Shown: positions 35,344-47,130, counted from the first letter of the whole stretch. The stretch is DNA of 62,928 bases, filler included, from Olpidium bornovanus S191 (GCA_017911155.1; 34 parts of 34 records of this genome joined end to end with filler, not necessarily neighbours in it), one strand, 5' to 3'. Made by a program: numbers and translations. The notes: a model not told the origin generated them from the sequence alone.

Positions 35344-36388
35344 AATGGAAAGCGCACGAACAATAGGCCGTCAGTCATCGCGGTGAGATTCACAGCACCC
35401 GATATATATACAGCAGAATTCAAAAACGGCCCGGACCTCTGGGCCGACCGCCGTCCGGGGCCGTTTATCGCCTTTCAGCGGGACAAGTGACGCCAATTTC
35501 CTCTTCGTTGCTCTGCCAGCAACCTCGTTACGGTTACGACCAGCCTCGCAAGCGACCGAGGAAAAATCGTTCTCTCGATCGGAAAAGCCGGCCGGGAACT
35601 CGTCCGAGACGTTCCCTGCCAAAAAAGAAACCGGCGGCGAGTTTGGTAACCGAGAATACCGAACAGCACCCGCAAGTACACCAGCGCTCAAATCCTCACT
35701 TTCATTGTACAGAATCTTCCCCAGCGCGTGAAAGACGCCTAGTACCGGTTGCCTGTCGCCGACGATGCAGGCTCTGCGTTCAAAGCATTCCCTCAGCAAC
35801 AGATCCGCGAGCGGCTGCACCGTGAGATGCACGGTACCTCGGGCCTAAGTCTCCACGGCTTTTTTTTTTCGTTGCGTGCCACGTTCTGTTCTGCAGCGGG
35901 GAATTCTTTGCAGGTTTGGCGCTCCAGAATTGCAGGGCGTTGACCGCCGCGCGGATATCACCTCTGGAGACTGTTGCAATGGCAGAGATCTCGGCGGTGG
36001 AAGGGCGCGCGCGTCGCATCCGAGCACTCCAGCCGGTGTCGAATTCCTTCGAAACAATCGACGCGAGAGCCTTCTTGACGAACGTCGGGGCAACCGGATT
36101 AAACCTGTAGCCCCCACAAAATTTGAGCCGTCATCGAGCCAACAAAAGAAACGAAAGACAGACACGCATAGACGGCATGTGACGACAAGTGAAAAAACGT
36201 GTCTTACGCACGATATACGTTCGCAAAAAGGCCCGTTCAGGACGTCGGCAGGAATTGCTAACCTGATATCCACAACGGTGTCGCTTCCGCTCTCAGCCGG
36301 CCCAAGGCCGCTGCCCCGTCGCCAAGTTGCCGGTTCCTCGTCGAGTGACCTTTTTTCGAAAATGTCGCTCAGAATCACCACGACGGGA
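35344..36388 (-). CDS. RAD17: Rad17/Rad24 checkpoint clamp-loader, internal fragment
   Basis: IKFNPVAPTFVKKAL, SRGDIRAAVNALQF and VFHALGKILYN. Confidence 0.85.
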
Positions 36389-36779
36389 NNNNNNNNNNNN
36401 NNNNNNNNNNNNNNNNNNNNNNNNNNNNNNNNTTAATTAATTAANNNNNNNNNNNNNNNNNNNNNNNNNNNNNNNNNNNNNNNNNNNNCCCCCCCCACCT
36501 CCCATCTTTTCTCTTCTATTAGACGACGACTGCACGTGTCGCGCCTGTGCTGCTGCTGGCATATCAAGCTCGTCCTTTTTAACAGCTTTTTTCTTTTTTT
36601 TTTTTCCTTTCCTCTTCCTTTTTTTCTTTTTTTACCTTCTTCGGAAAGACCACACTCTAGACGAGCTCCCCACCCCGCATCTCCCCCAACTCCCACCCGC
36701 ACAAACTTCCCTCAAAAGAACAAGTCAAAAAAAGCCAAAAAAAAAAAACATGCGGTGCCCTTCCCAGACCCCCCGCCGA

Positions 36780-38235
36780 ATGCTCGCCGCCGTCTCGGTG
36801 CTTGTCGGTACGTGCTTCCCCCGCCAGCCCCCTCCCCCTTTCCCCCTTACTCTCTTTCTCCCTCTTCCCGTCCCACCCGCCGCCCCTTCTCTGCCCACCG
36901 CGTGCCCTGCCCGCGCGCCCGCGGCAGCTTTACACGACGGTTTTCTCGAGGCCGGCCGAGGCTCTGCGTGTCATGCGTGTTTGTTTCCCCGTGATCTGCT
37001 GCTGCCCCCCTTCCCGCCCCCCCCCTCGTGCCCGAACGCAGCGCTTGTCGCTTCGCCTGTTCTCGGCGCTCCGGCGCCTCTGACTGACGTTTCGAGGACG
37101 AGCGTCGATGTCCGCACCGCCCGCCAGGAATTCGTCTCCCACTCCCCGCGGTTCGCTGTCACCCTTAATAGAGTGGACGACCTCGTGTCCGACACCGGTG
37201 CCATCGTCGCTGAGCGGCGGTCGACCTTTGAACTCACCTTCGACGTTGCGTACGGTGGGGACGACTTCCTGCTCTTGAACGGCGTGCCTGTGGTCGCCAA
37301 CATGGTCAACCCTGCGCTGCAGGTAGAAGCAGAGATGACCGTCGACACAAGCCAGCTCCGGGAGCTCGAGAACGCTTCGGGAGCCACGTTCCACAGCGCC
37401 GACGACGTCCGCGATGCCGCTATGAAAGCGTTCGACGTCGGCTTGGCCACTGTCCAGGTCGTCGTGGAAGTCACCACCGTGTACGTCCGCGTCGCGGCCT
37501 ACGCCCCTCTGCTGCCCTTGCGCCGTTTCAACTTGTCCGAGAAAGTGGTCGAGGTCAACGGGCAGTCGGTCGTCCAGACCACTGTCGGCGAGCAGGTGTA
37601 CTTCGTTGCGCCCAACGGCCGCTTTGTCGGCCTCGGCGAAAGTGCTGAATGGGTGCACGTCTCGGTTAACAATTCTTCTGCTGCTGGTAAGGAGTTTGCG
37701 CGCGCGCTCTTTGTGATTTTCCGTTCTTGGTCCATCCGGTCCACGGTGTCTGACTTTCGCCCTTGCGCTTTGCGCCGTATACCGCGGTGTTATCGTAGAC
37801 GCTGGTGTGCCCGCTGCGCCCTCCGCGATGAAGGCCGCAGTCGGCAGCGGCTGCGAAGGCTTTGGGCTGGCGAGCCGCTACGCGCGCTGGTCTAGAAATC
37901 TTTCGCCGTTTGCGGCCGCCGTCTTCGTCTCGACCATGGTCGCCATCGGATTTGCTGGTTTCATCTCCATCGCGATCGCCGTGGTTCGCTTTGTTCGCGC
38001 TTCACGCGATGACGCTCGCGCAACAGAAGAATCCGTCGAGAAAACCGGCGACGCCAAGGGGCCGGCGTATTTCTACCTTCCGGTCGACGAGAAAACCCCG
38101 GTGTGCCCGCCAAGTTACGAAACCCTCGTTGACGAGGCACAGGCCGGCGATGTTCGCGGCGACGAGGCCCCCGTCGACCCGCAAGGGAAGCAACCGGGCG
38201 ACGGCGAGAACGAGAACGACGCTCTCTGCCAGTGA
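36780..38235 (+). CDS. Uncharacterised type I membrane protein with cytoplasmic PPxY motif
   Basis: Signal-peptide-like start with an intron, a beta-rich luminal region, a TM helix (AAVFVSTMVAIGFAGFISIAIAVV) and PPSY at 38107-38118. Confidence 0.6.
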
Positions 38236-39026
38236 AACTGTTCCCGAAGCAACTTTCTCTGCAACCGTTTTCAAGAGAAACGTTTTTACGGACGATGTAC
38301 CACGGCGCTTGGCACTGCTTTTCCCGCCCTCCTCTCCCTTTTGAGGTAACCGGATCGCTACGCGCTCTGAGTTTCTCAGGCAGTTCCATCCTCACCCCTC
38401 ATGCACCTCGTGTACTCTCAAACATTTATTATTTTGCGTTACCAACCCTTCAACCCGCATAAGCCATTCCTCATGTGTCCTCAGTTAGCGAGCAATTGAA
38501 ACAAAGCGTGCTGCTTTTTTTTTTTCCGGTAAAGTGTTACTTTTTTTTTTCCGGCATATTGGAATTTGAGGGTGTGATGTGCGAAGAGCGCGGGCGACGG
38601 CCGGCCACTTGATCAAATAGGGGTGACAAAACTCGTCCGCCGCAAAACCGCCACGCGATGTGTCGGCGAGGAGTTCGTGCGGATCGGACCAATCGGCCAA
38701 CCAGACTTCGTCAAGCGGCGGGCCGCGTTGGCGTCAACCTCCGGCTCTGTCTGGATACGGCGTGCGAACTCCGAATGGGATTAGATCGCAAATGACGCCG
38801 AGGTCGGTACTGCAAACTGGTAAGGCGCGGTGCCGGGCAAGGCCTTTCGGTCACGGACATTCAGCGGTGTTTCGCAGCAGACGGCGCGCGCTGGGGGGGG
38901 GGGGGGGGGGGGGGGACAGCCCCCCCNNNNNNNNNNNNNNNNNNNNNNNNNNNNNNNNNNNNNNNNNNNNTTAATTAATTAANNNNNNNNNNNNNNNNNN
39001 NNNNNNNNNNNNNNNNNNNNNNNNNN

Positions 39027-40408
39027 CATGTAACCCTCTTCAACATCCGCATTGCTGGACGCTGCTAGAACGGACGGCTCCGCCCAACTTGCGCGGCAGT
39101 AGACGCACGTGACCTAAGAGCAGCAGTGCGCGGAACGAACTACCGTGAGCAAAGAGGACAGGGCCAACGAACGAATGAAGATAGGCAATAGAATTTGGAT
39201 GTTCAACGCCACGATTTTTTTTCCCTTACATCTGCCCGCGACGCGAGCCTGTTCCGTTTCCAGTGCTCAAAACATTCGAAGTGGATGGTGTTGCCGCAAA
39301 CACGGCACCACACAAGCTTCTCAGCTCTATCCAATGCTTCATAACTGGAGTCGAGGCGCTGAGTAAGCGCACGGCGTGCGCCCGCTAGCAAACAACGAAG
39401 ACTTTTTTTTTTTTTTTTTACCATATTGGACAATCCCCTTCGACTTGCTTCCGATTCGAGTCTTCACCAGGCTGCCCGCCACTTTTAAGCCGCTTGTAGT
39501 GATTGCGCACCATCTCGTTCGCCACCGCGGCAGGGTCGGGGATGGCGTTGGCGAACACGGCGCAAAGCTCGCTGGTGAGCAGTCCAGCTTGGTATAATAG
39601 GGGCGAGTCGCGCGAGAGTCGCAAGACCTTGAGGTTCACGAAGAATATGTGTTTGCACAGGTTCCCTTTGGTGAAGTCTGGGCACGTGCACTTCGGAACA
39701 TGCGAAATCTCTACGATATAGACCTGTAAACGCCGAGGCGTTTTGTTCAGGTCCGGGAAGGGACGATCGGCCCGAGGGTTCGGCGACCGGGTCTGGTGTT
39801 GCCCGACGTACATTTCCAGTAGAGCCGAGCACTGCGAATTCCTCCTCCACGTCGCTCCTCTTGTGGCGTTCGACAAGGTACATACGCTGCTGGACGGCCC
39901 TCGCGATCCTTTCCAGCAGGGCCTTGGGGCAGTTTTTCCGGAACGGCTTCGGCCTCTTCTCCGGCATCCCGTCCTCGGCCGGCTTTGCCTCCCTCTTCCT
40001 CGATTTCCCTGCGGCGCCGCCACCCGTCTCCGCGACGGACGAGCCGCCCTTCTCCCTCTTCTTCCGGCGTCGCTTCGCAGTCGGCTTGGGCAACAGGCCC
40101 GCTGCCGGCATCGACGAGGACGCGGCGCCCGACGAAGGGGCCGCCGAGCCCGCGGTTGCGGATCTGCCGGTCGCTCCGGCCGCGGAAGGAACTGTCACCG
40201 CCGCACCTGCGCCCCCGACGGCCGCGGCGGCCGGCCTCCGGACAGTGGAGCGGCCCCAGGTGCGCGAGCCGGCGGAAGTCCTCGTGGCCGTCTCGCGGCC
40301 GGCAGCGCCCCAGGCCCTTCCGGGTTTGACGGATTGAAACGCTTCGGCCTCTGCCGATACGACCGATGTATGCCCGCCAAAGTCCCAAATCGCGTCTGCC
40401 GCCCTCAC
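39027..40408 (-). CDS. SWIM zinc finger plus RING finger protein (start uncertain, 3' partial)
   Basis: RIARAVQQRMYL, FAVLGSTGNV/YIV, CTCPDF...CKHIFFV (SWIM) and DCPI...WCRVCGNTIHFECFEHW (RING). Confidence 0.88.
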
Positions 40409-40443
40409 CCGACCCCTCGGGCCGACACCCGAGCACCGCGCGT

Positions 40444-40481
<38 letters not shown>

Positions 40482-40597
40482 CTTTCCTCTGACGCAANNN
40501 NNNNNNNNNNNNNNNNNNNNNNNNNNNNNNNNNNNNNNNNNTTAATTAATTAANNNNNNNNNNNNNNNNNNNNNNNNNNNNNNNNNNNNNNNNNNNN

Positions 40598-41655
40598 CAT
40601 GCCCTTGAGAAAGCGGTAGGCGTGCAGGAAGAGGTTGACGGCAACGCCGATCACGTAGGCCCAAAAGTAGGTGAAGGCGGCGATGCCGGTGGTGAACAGA
40701 AGAACTACGCCGAGGACGAACGCTGCAGGGAAACGTATACGAGATTTACCGCCGGGTCGAAAAAAGCCGGAGCCGCCGTCGCATCTTCCTCCCAAAAAAA
40801 ATAATTAACGAACAATACTCACAGCTTGCAAAAAGGGCTGCGCCATTCACGGAGAGGACTCCCACAAGCGCCACCACCAGGGTGACAGCAAGGGTGGTGA
40901 CCGTGAAAATGAGCCAGCCGGTGACAGGAAACGCGGTGAACAGGAGCCAGAGCGTCACGAAGGTCTTCCAAAAGCAAAAAAGGAAAAGCAAAGGAAAAGC
41001 GCGCCGAAGTGGATGGGTGAGGTTTTGCCGGCACAAAATCTCACAGGAAGCGTGTTGGGGCTCTGTCCGGGGCTTGGCTTGACTTTGGCGCTAAACGAAA
41101 GTCCCGTCACAAGCATTGAAAAAAGCACAGAAAGTGTCGCCCAAGCCGCGTCGCTCGGGCTGCACGTTTGGCAAACCGACTCGTCGTTCGCACGGGCCAA
41201 AGGCCGCGGTGCTCGCGGCGGACAAGTAAAAGCGCCCAGCGGTGCGACCGGCGGAAAAAATATAATGCCTTCCCCCCTTTCCCCTCACACACGCAGACAA
41301 ACCCGACGCCACTCTCAAACGCGTTCTCTGAACGTCCGAATCACCTCCCCCCCACCCCACTTCAACCCTCGCTCGAACGGCAAACGCGGCGTCGCCTGGT
41401 GCTTACCCTGATCCAGGGGTACCGCTGGGTGCCGGCTTCGTAGTTAGCCACGAGAGACGAGAATGCGTGCGCGAGACCGGTCCTGGCGGACTGCGTGAGC
41501 TCGGCGATGTAGCCGGCGGGCGTGCCGCGGCGCAGCGAGGACTGGACGGCGCGGCCCTTGGCGGCCGCGCCGTTGGCGGCGTCGCGGACGGCCCTCGACG
41601 GCGGGTCCTGGATCTCGGCCGGGCGCTGCTCGGCGTGCGCAAGCGTCTCCGCCAT
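40598..41655 (-). CDS. Small multi-pass hydrophobic protein, promethin/LDAF1-like (tentative)
   Basis: A hydrophilic first exon (MAETLAHAEQ...RYPWIR) precedes long hydrophobic hairpin-like segments across two further exons. Confidence 0.45.
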
Positions 41656-41871
41656 TGCCTGTGTGGGGGGGGGCGGGTGGGGGGGGGAGGATGTGTGTGT
41701 TTTGTCCGTCCTCTTCGCGCGTGCGACGTGTCGATCCCCGCGACGGCGGAGGCTAATTGAGAATTCGCCCGCGTCTGAGGACGGGACGAGACGCCGTTCG
41801 CCGCCCCGAACTAGAAAATCCTGCGCGCGCGCGCGGAAGTCGCCGGAGTTGGAAGCGGGGTGTGTCCGTTA

Positions 41872-41914
<43 letters not shown>

Positions 41915-42555
41915 ATTTTGCCAAAATTGGGGACGATTGCAATCTGGAGTGGCGCGCTGATCAAAAGAGGATGGCAAACACGAAAGTCCGACCTGGAACA
42001 AAAAAAAATTTTGCACCCGTTGTCACATCGCCGGGTCCCGTCGGCTCTCGCATCAGTGGACTCTGAAGTCAGAACCGGCTGAAGAAGACGACAATCCAAA
42101 ACTGCGTTGAAGCGGAAGATGCCATCAATAAACTTACAAAGCAGCTGGGAACACTGCAACTTAACCTTATCAAATGCGCTCCAGGGTCGCACCCCGAGTT
42201 TCCCATCATTTATGAGACCCTACCAAACAACAACAACAACAACAACATCAAGCAAGTGCTCAACGCCACATCGTTTGCGGTGTGATTGAGTTGGACACGT
42301 TATTGGACACCTTCTGCTGATCAGCAGAAGGTCGGGCGCTCAGCAAAAAGCGGGGCGCAGCACCAGGCGGTCCCAGAAGGGCGGCGGCGGTGGTGTGCGC
42401 GCGGCGGCGCAGAGCGCGGGCGGGCGGCTCGGCGAAGACGCTTTAATTCGGGGTTTTATTGGTCCATTTTCAAGTCCGGCGTGCACCGGGAATAACAACA
42501 ACGAACAGAAGAGCAGATCTGAGTTGTGTTAAACCTCACTGAAAAACTACAAAAG

Positions 42556-42907
42556 CTACGGTTTGGATATATTATTATCACGTTCGATGGCGAGCAAGTT
42601 TTCCCCGGCTGACCACATTTCACTCGAGGACAACGAACCGTCGACGTCCATGTACGGTGTCTCCATTAGAGTATCCAACGAATCAGCTTTCCTGAGGAAT
42701 GTGTCCAATTCTCCGAAGTGTTTATAGTACTTTGCGTACTGGACAAAGTGCTTCTTTCCCCCCAGCTGACATACGAACTCGATCGCCATGAATTCGACCG
42801 CATCAACCGTTTTCTTCAGGACTTCAAGATAACGGCGATGGTAGGCGTAGTTTCCGAATAAAGATGAAGACACGCCGTAAGAAGTTGAAAAGACGTTTTG
42901 GAGGGAA
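42556..42907 (-). CDS. Intronless ORF fragment of unknown function, open at the contig end
   Basis: Over 105 aa open, with lower GC than neighbouring genes; no motif recognised. Confidence 0.35.
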
Positions 42908-43093
42908 NNNNNNNNNNNNNNNNNNNNNNNNNNNNNNNNNNNNNNNNNNNNTTAATTAATTAANNNNNNNNNNNNNNNNNNNNNNNNNNNNNNNNNNNNN
43001 NNNNNNNCATGGCTGGTACTTCCGCCGTGTTCTTTCCGTTGGCAGGGAGTCTACAAGCTTTGGCAGGGAGTCTACGCGGTTGGGCTCATAACC

Positions 43094-43225
43094 TGTTGCG
43101 CATCAAAAGTGGGCCGACCGAGGGTTGAACTCGGGACCTTCCTTTTCCCGGAGGGACACTCTTCCAACTGAGCTATCTGCCCTATTCACCAGGTGTCTGG
43201 CTCGCTCTGCAAAGCCATTCCAACA
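43094..43225 (-). mobile_element. 132-bp LTR (LTR-B) flanked by PPT (43226-43233) and PBS (43081-43093)
   Basis: Ends are TGTTG...CAACA. On the minus strand GAGGGGGG lies immediately 5' and GGTTATGAGCCCA immediately 3'. Confidence 0.85.
43110..43182 (-). ncRNA. tRNA-derived 73-nt element inside LTR-B (degenerate, nominal anticodon GGG)
   Basis: GGGCAGA TA GCTC AGTTGGAA GAGT G TCCCT CCGGGAA AAGGA AGGTC CCGAG TTCAACC CTCGG TCGGCCC A. The T-stem is perfect and the D-stem is intact with one G-U. There is one mismatch each in the acceptor and anticodon stems, C at position 33, A and B boxes, and TTTT just downstream. Confidence 0.85.
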
Positions 43226-43325
43226 CCCCCCTCGAGCCAGGCACCTCAGGCACTGCTGTCAACGGGGCTCGGCCACCCAGCGCAACCACAATCGGAGGGA
43301 CGAAGGCACGATTGGGCTCATAACC

Positions 43326-43519
43326 TGTTAAAGCCGAGCCGGAGGAGAAGGCGAAGAAGATGCGCCGCGCGGGGCTGCGAGAACGGCGGGAAGGAAGGAG
43401 AACTGTATTCGGGGCGTTTGTTTACTAGTTTCCTCTGGCCCTTTTCTATATCACGGGAACAAAGGGGCAACGGGTGCGCGCAGTGCGTCTCCGCCCCTGG
43501 CGCCCCGTTATTTCGAACA
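43326..43519 (-). mobile_element. About 194-bp LTR (LTR-A) followed by PBS (43313-43325)
   Basis: On the minus strand it runs TGTTCGAA...GATATAGAAAA...TTTAACA, then GGTTATGAGCCCA. Its 5' end resembles the LTR at 1334 (TGT(T)CGAA...GGCGCCAGGG). The outer boundary is less certain. Confidence 0.65.
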
Positions 43520-44427
43520 AAATGCCCCCCCCCCCCCTTTTCCTCTCGTCCCCCCCCCCGGGGGGCATCCCTCCTCACCATCCATCTTCAGAACGAGAGA
43601 TCGACAATGGAAAATAAAGAGAGAGAAAGACGGAGACAGACAAAGACAGCGCGCCACGGAGTCAGTCGCCTCCAGGAAACAAACAAAACGAAAACGAAGC
43701 CGCAAACTTGCCGGGATTTTCAAAGGCCAGGGATTGCGCCGATTGGCGCCGCGCGCGCAACTAAGTAACGAAAAATGGGAACTGACACTCCCAGGGGAAA
43801 AAAAAAAAAAAAAAAAAAAAACTTCCCCAAAAGAAAAAGAAAGAAAGAGAGAACAAGGAATTCGGGAACCGCGGGAATAACAGACGTGGTGTTCGGCAGC
43901 GATGCGGGCGGAAGGACCCCACCCTAACCTCACCCCACCCCACACACACACACCACACCCTTCCCTCTTCCCCCCCGGCAGCAGAACAAGACGATCTCGG
44001 GTTCTCTTCTCCCTTCACCCAGGCGACCTTTTAGGGAAAGCCTTGTCCGAAGGGGGGTAAGAGAGGACATGGCCAAACTCTCGCCACATTTTGCCGGCGT
44101 GTACGGCGGCGCGTCATAATGTTTCTCTTTCTTTTCTTTTTTTTTGTAACATGCATAGGGGTGAACGGGGCTTCTCTGCTTTGCTTTTTTTTTTACGTTC
44201 AGCGGGGTGGGGGAAGGGATCAGCGCGCTGCGCAAAATGGGGGATATCTCTAAGCAGAGCGCACGGGGATATGGAGCCTTGATGAGGCGAAGAGGAGAGA
44301 TAGAGAGAGAGAGAGAGATGGAATACAGGTTTGGGGGGGCTGCGTGATAAAGAAAAAGTTACAAAAGGGAGGGAGGGCGCGCGGAGGGGGGGTGGTGGCG
44401 GGGGGAAGGCCCCCAGCTCTAAACAAC

Positions 44428-44687
44428 CTACAGCTTCATCATCGCGTAGACGGCCTCGATCTGTCTCTTGTCCTCACTGTTCGGGAGCTTCTCCCAGGCG
44501 ATCTCCTGGAACGCGGGCAGCCCGCCGTGCGCGTCTTCTGCGCCCAAGGCGACCGCGCCCCCTTTGCCGCACCGGTATGGCGGGAACGGCGGCCGCCGCG
44601 GGGGGACGTACGACTCCGCGAGCGGATGCGGGCGGGCGTCGCGGGCCGGCAGAAGGGTCCACATCGGCAGGGAAGCCGCGAAATGGC

Positions 44688-44718
<31 letters not shown>

Positions 44719-45951
44719 GACTGGCGGATAGTGGCCCGGGCTGCTGCGGTGCAAGTAGGCGGCGTGGGCCGCGGAAGTCGACGACGCCCCGGCCGAGGGC
44801 GCGGGCGGCGCTGCGGAGATCTCCGGTCCGGAGGCGACCACGGAAAGCGCGGCGGACCGCCTGCCGTTGACGCGGGCCGTCGCCCCGCCGTGCGGCATCG
44901 AGTACGGCACGCGGGAAGCCAGCGGAGGAAATGAAAATATCTGGCGTGGTATTTTGGTGCGGTGAGCTCGCTGCCGGAGCGTCTGCGACGCGCCGGGGGC
45001 GTCCGCGCCGCGGTGGTGGGATGCGTGATGATGGAGCGGAAGCCTCGCCTGCAAATGGCAAGCCGCAGAACGCAGGTCGCCTTTCGCGTACTCCGGGTAA
45101 ATCTCTCTTACGATGCGGATGTCAGCCAGCGAAGGGTCGTCGGTGGGAGCGACCAGGACGCCGCTGTTGCGGTCGTCCAGGGTGTAGTAGTGAATGAGAT
45201 GCAGCTTGTTCCCGCCCACGGTCGTCACGCTGAAGGACAGCTTGACGAGACCGCCTTTCTTCAGCTTGCCGACGTTGCGGGCCTGCGGCGCCGTCAAAAC
45301 GGCAAAAGGGGACGGCGGGGCGGCGGCGTCGCCCGCCGGCACCGAAGGCGACGCCGAGCCCGAAAGCGGACACCGCGAGGGTTCCATCTCGGGCGTCGGC
45401 GAGGAGTGGATGGGGCGGCCGGTGACGGAGGCGGCGCACGAAGGGTCGGACGCGGCGGACTCGTGGTCGTGTCGCGCGGCGGCATCTTCGGAAGTGTCCG
45501 AGCGGGAGGCGGGGGGACTCGGGCCGGTGGACGCGCCGAGGCCCATCCGAAAGCGGCCCTCGGCCTGCGCGGCTCGGAATGCGGCGGAGCCGGAGCCGGA
45601 GCCGGAGCCGGAACCGCCGCCGCCGCCCGCGCCCGCGCTGCCGGAGCTGCTCGTGCTCGCGCTGCCGGAGCTGCTCGCGCAGCGGGCGGGCTTGCCCTCG
45701 AGCTCGCGGTAGACGAGGAAGCTCCGGCTGATGCGGGAGGCGGTCCAGCTCCTGCCGTCCGTCCACCTCCGCATCCCGGTCTCGGTCTCGTCCCAGACGA
45801 ACACCGCGCCGGAGCGGACGAGGCCGCGCTCCTTCTCGCTCAGCCGCCGCCCGACCCTGCGCAGCCGGCCGAGGCGGCACGCCTCGAAGACGAGCAGCGC
45901 GTCGCTCACCGTCTGTATGCCCCCGCGGTACGTGGGCGCCTGGTCGGTCAT
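44428..45951 (-). CDS. Gti1/Pac2 (WOPR) family transcription factor
   Basis: WOPRa: TYRGGIQTVSDALLVFEAC...RRLSEKER...SGAVFVWDE...MRRWTDGRSWTASR. WOPRb: GGLVKLSFSV...LHLIHYY. The C-terminal SEDKRQI is also family-typical. Confidence 0.95.
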
Positions 45952-46266
45952 CGCCGGCGGCGGGGGGGAGGAGGGGCGCGCGCGGCGGCGGCGGGGCGGG
46001 GCGGGGGCGGGGGCGGGGGCGGGGGCGGGTTCGCGGGGCGGCGCGCGCGGTTGTTTTGCCCGGGGGCGGCGTTCCTCCTCCTCGGCCGCGGGCGGCCGCG
46101 CTGCCGCCGTGTGCGCTCACGCGCGCGCGCGCGGTCGCCACGTCCGCTCGCCGGGGGTTTCGTCGTCGTGCGCGGGCCGTTCCCGTCTTCCCATGCCACG
46201 GGCGTCCAAGCGGGCGGGCGGAGGAGGGCGGCGCCGTTCCTTGGACCGGACGCCGTGTGGGGGGGG

Positions 46267-46330
46267 GAAGAAGAAGAAGAAGAAGAAGAAGAAGAAGAAG
46301 AAGAAGAAGAAGAAGAAGAAGAAGAAGAAG
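46267..46330 (+). repeat. (GAA)n microsatellite, about 21 units, upstream of the WOPR gene
   Basis: Directly visible trinucleotide tract. Confidence 0.95.
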
Positions 46331-46687
46331 AAAAAGAAGAGAGAGAGGGCGGTGGAGCACCCCGCGGCGGGCGGGCGGGCGGGCGGGGCGTGAGAGGGAA
46401 ATGTAAGAAAGAAGGGGGAAAAAACGGGTGCGCGCGCGCGCGGGCTGAAGAGCCCCCCGTAGACCGCACGCTCTGCGTGCGTGCGTGCGCCTCTCACACC
46501 AAGAAAAGGCCTGCGCACAAATCCACACACCTTCTCTGTGCAGAGAGATGTGTATTTTTTTTTTTTTTCTTTTGGTCCTTTGGTCGGNNNNNNNNNNNNN
46601 NNNNNNNNNNNNNNNNNNNNNNNNNNNNNNNTTAATTAATTAANNNNNNNNNNNNNNNNNNNNNNNNNNNNNNNNNNNNNNNNNNNN

Positions 46688-47130
46688 ATTATAGGGTGTA
46701 GTCAGGCGCAATTTAATCCCATACCGCCGAAGAAAGTCATTAATTCCGGCTTCGTTCAGCTCCCCTCCATCCCCTCGCAGAATATCCGCACATCCGTAAC
46801 GTGCCATGATGTCTTCCAAGATGAATCGTCCAACAGGTTCTGACCTCTTTGATCGCAATGCTCGTGCCTCAGGAAAGTTACTGAGCTCTGCTCGCGCTTC
46901 CACATAACAGACATGCCTCTCACTCGAACGAGGCATGGCGGCAATGTCAATGTACCATCGTCGATACAACTGCGTTGGTATCATCAAGGCTAGGGTGTCC
47001 CGGTCTTTTCTTTCAGAGAATTTCGGACATGTTGGACATGAGCGAACATAATCTTGAACTGATTCAAACATTTGCCCCCAGATAAATTGATCCCGGACCC
47101 GGACTTAAGTACTCCAGATCCCTCGGTGCC
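46688..47130 (-). mobile_element. Ty3/gypsy integrase fragment (H2C2 zinc-binding region plus RVE core)
   Basis: GHRGI...DYVRSCPTC...WYIDI...LSNFPEARAL...FILEDIMARYG...DGGE...GIKLRLTTPYN, with an internal stop upstream. Confidence 0.88.

Noticed and set aside
43110-43182. Calling the cloverleaf a functional tRNA-Pro(GGG)
   Set aside because: It has C33, an A5-G68 and a C30-A40 mismatch, and a GGG anticodon that is atypical for eukaryotes. It is reported as tRNA-derived instead.
44962-46635. Long overlapping ORFs antisense or out of frame to real genes (also 23975-24997, 24724-25653, 32935-34608, 8982-10094)
   Set aside because: They are stop-poor shadow frames expected in very GC-rich coding DNA, have no domains, and the real genes are supported by motifs on other frames.
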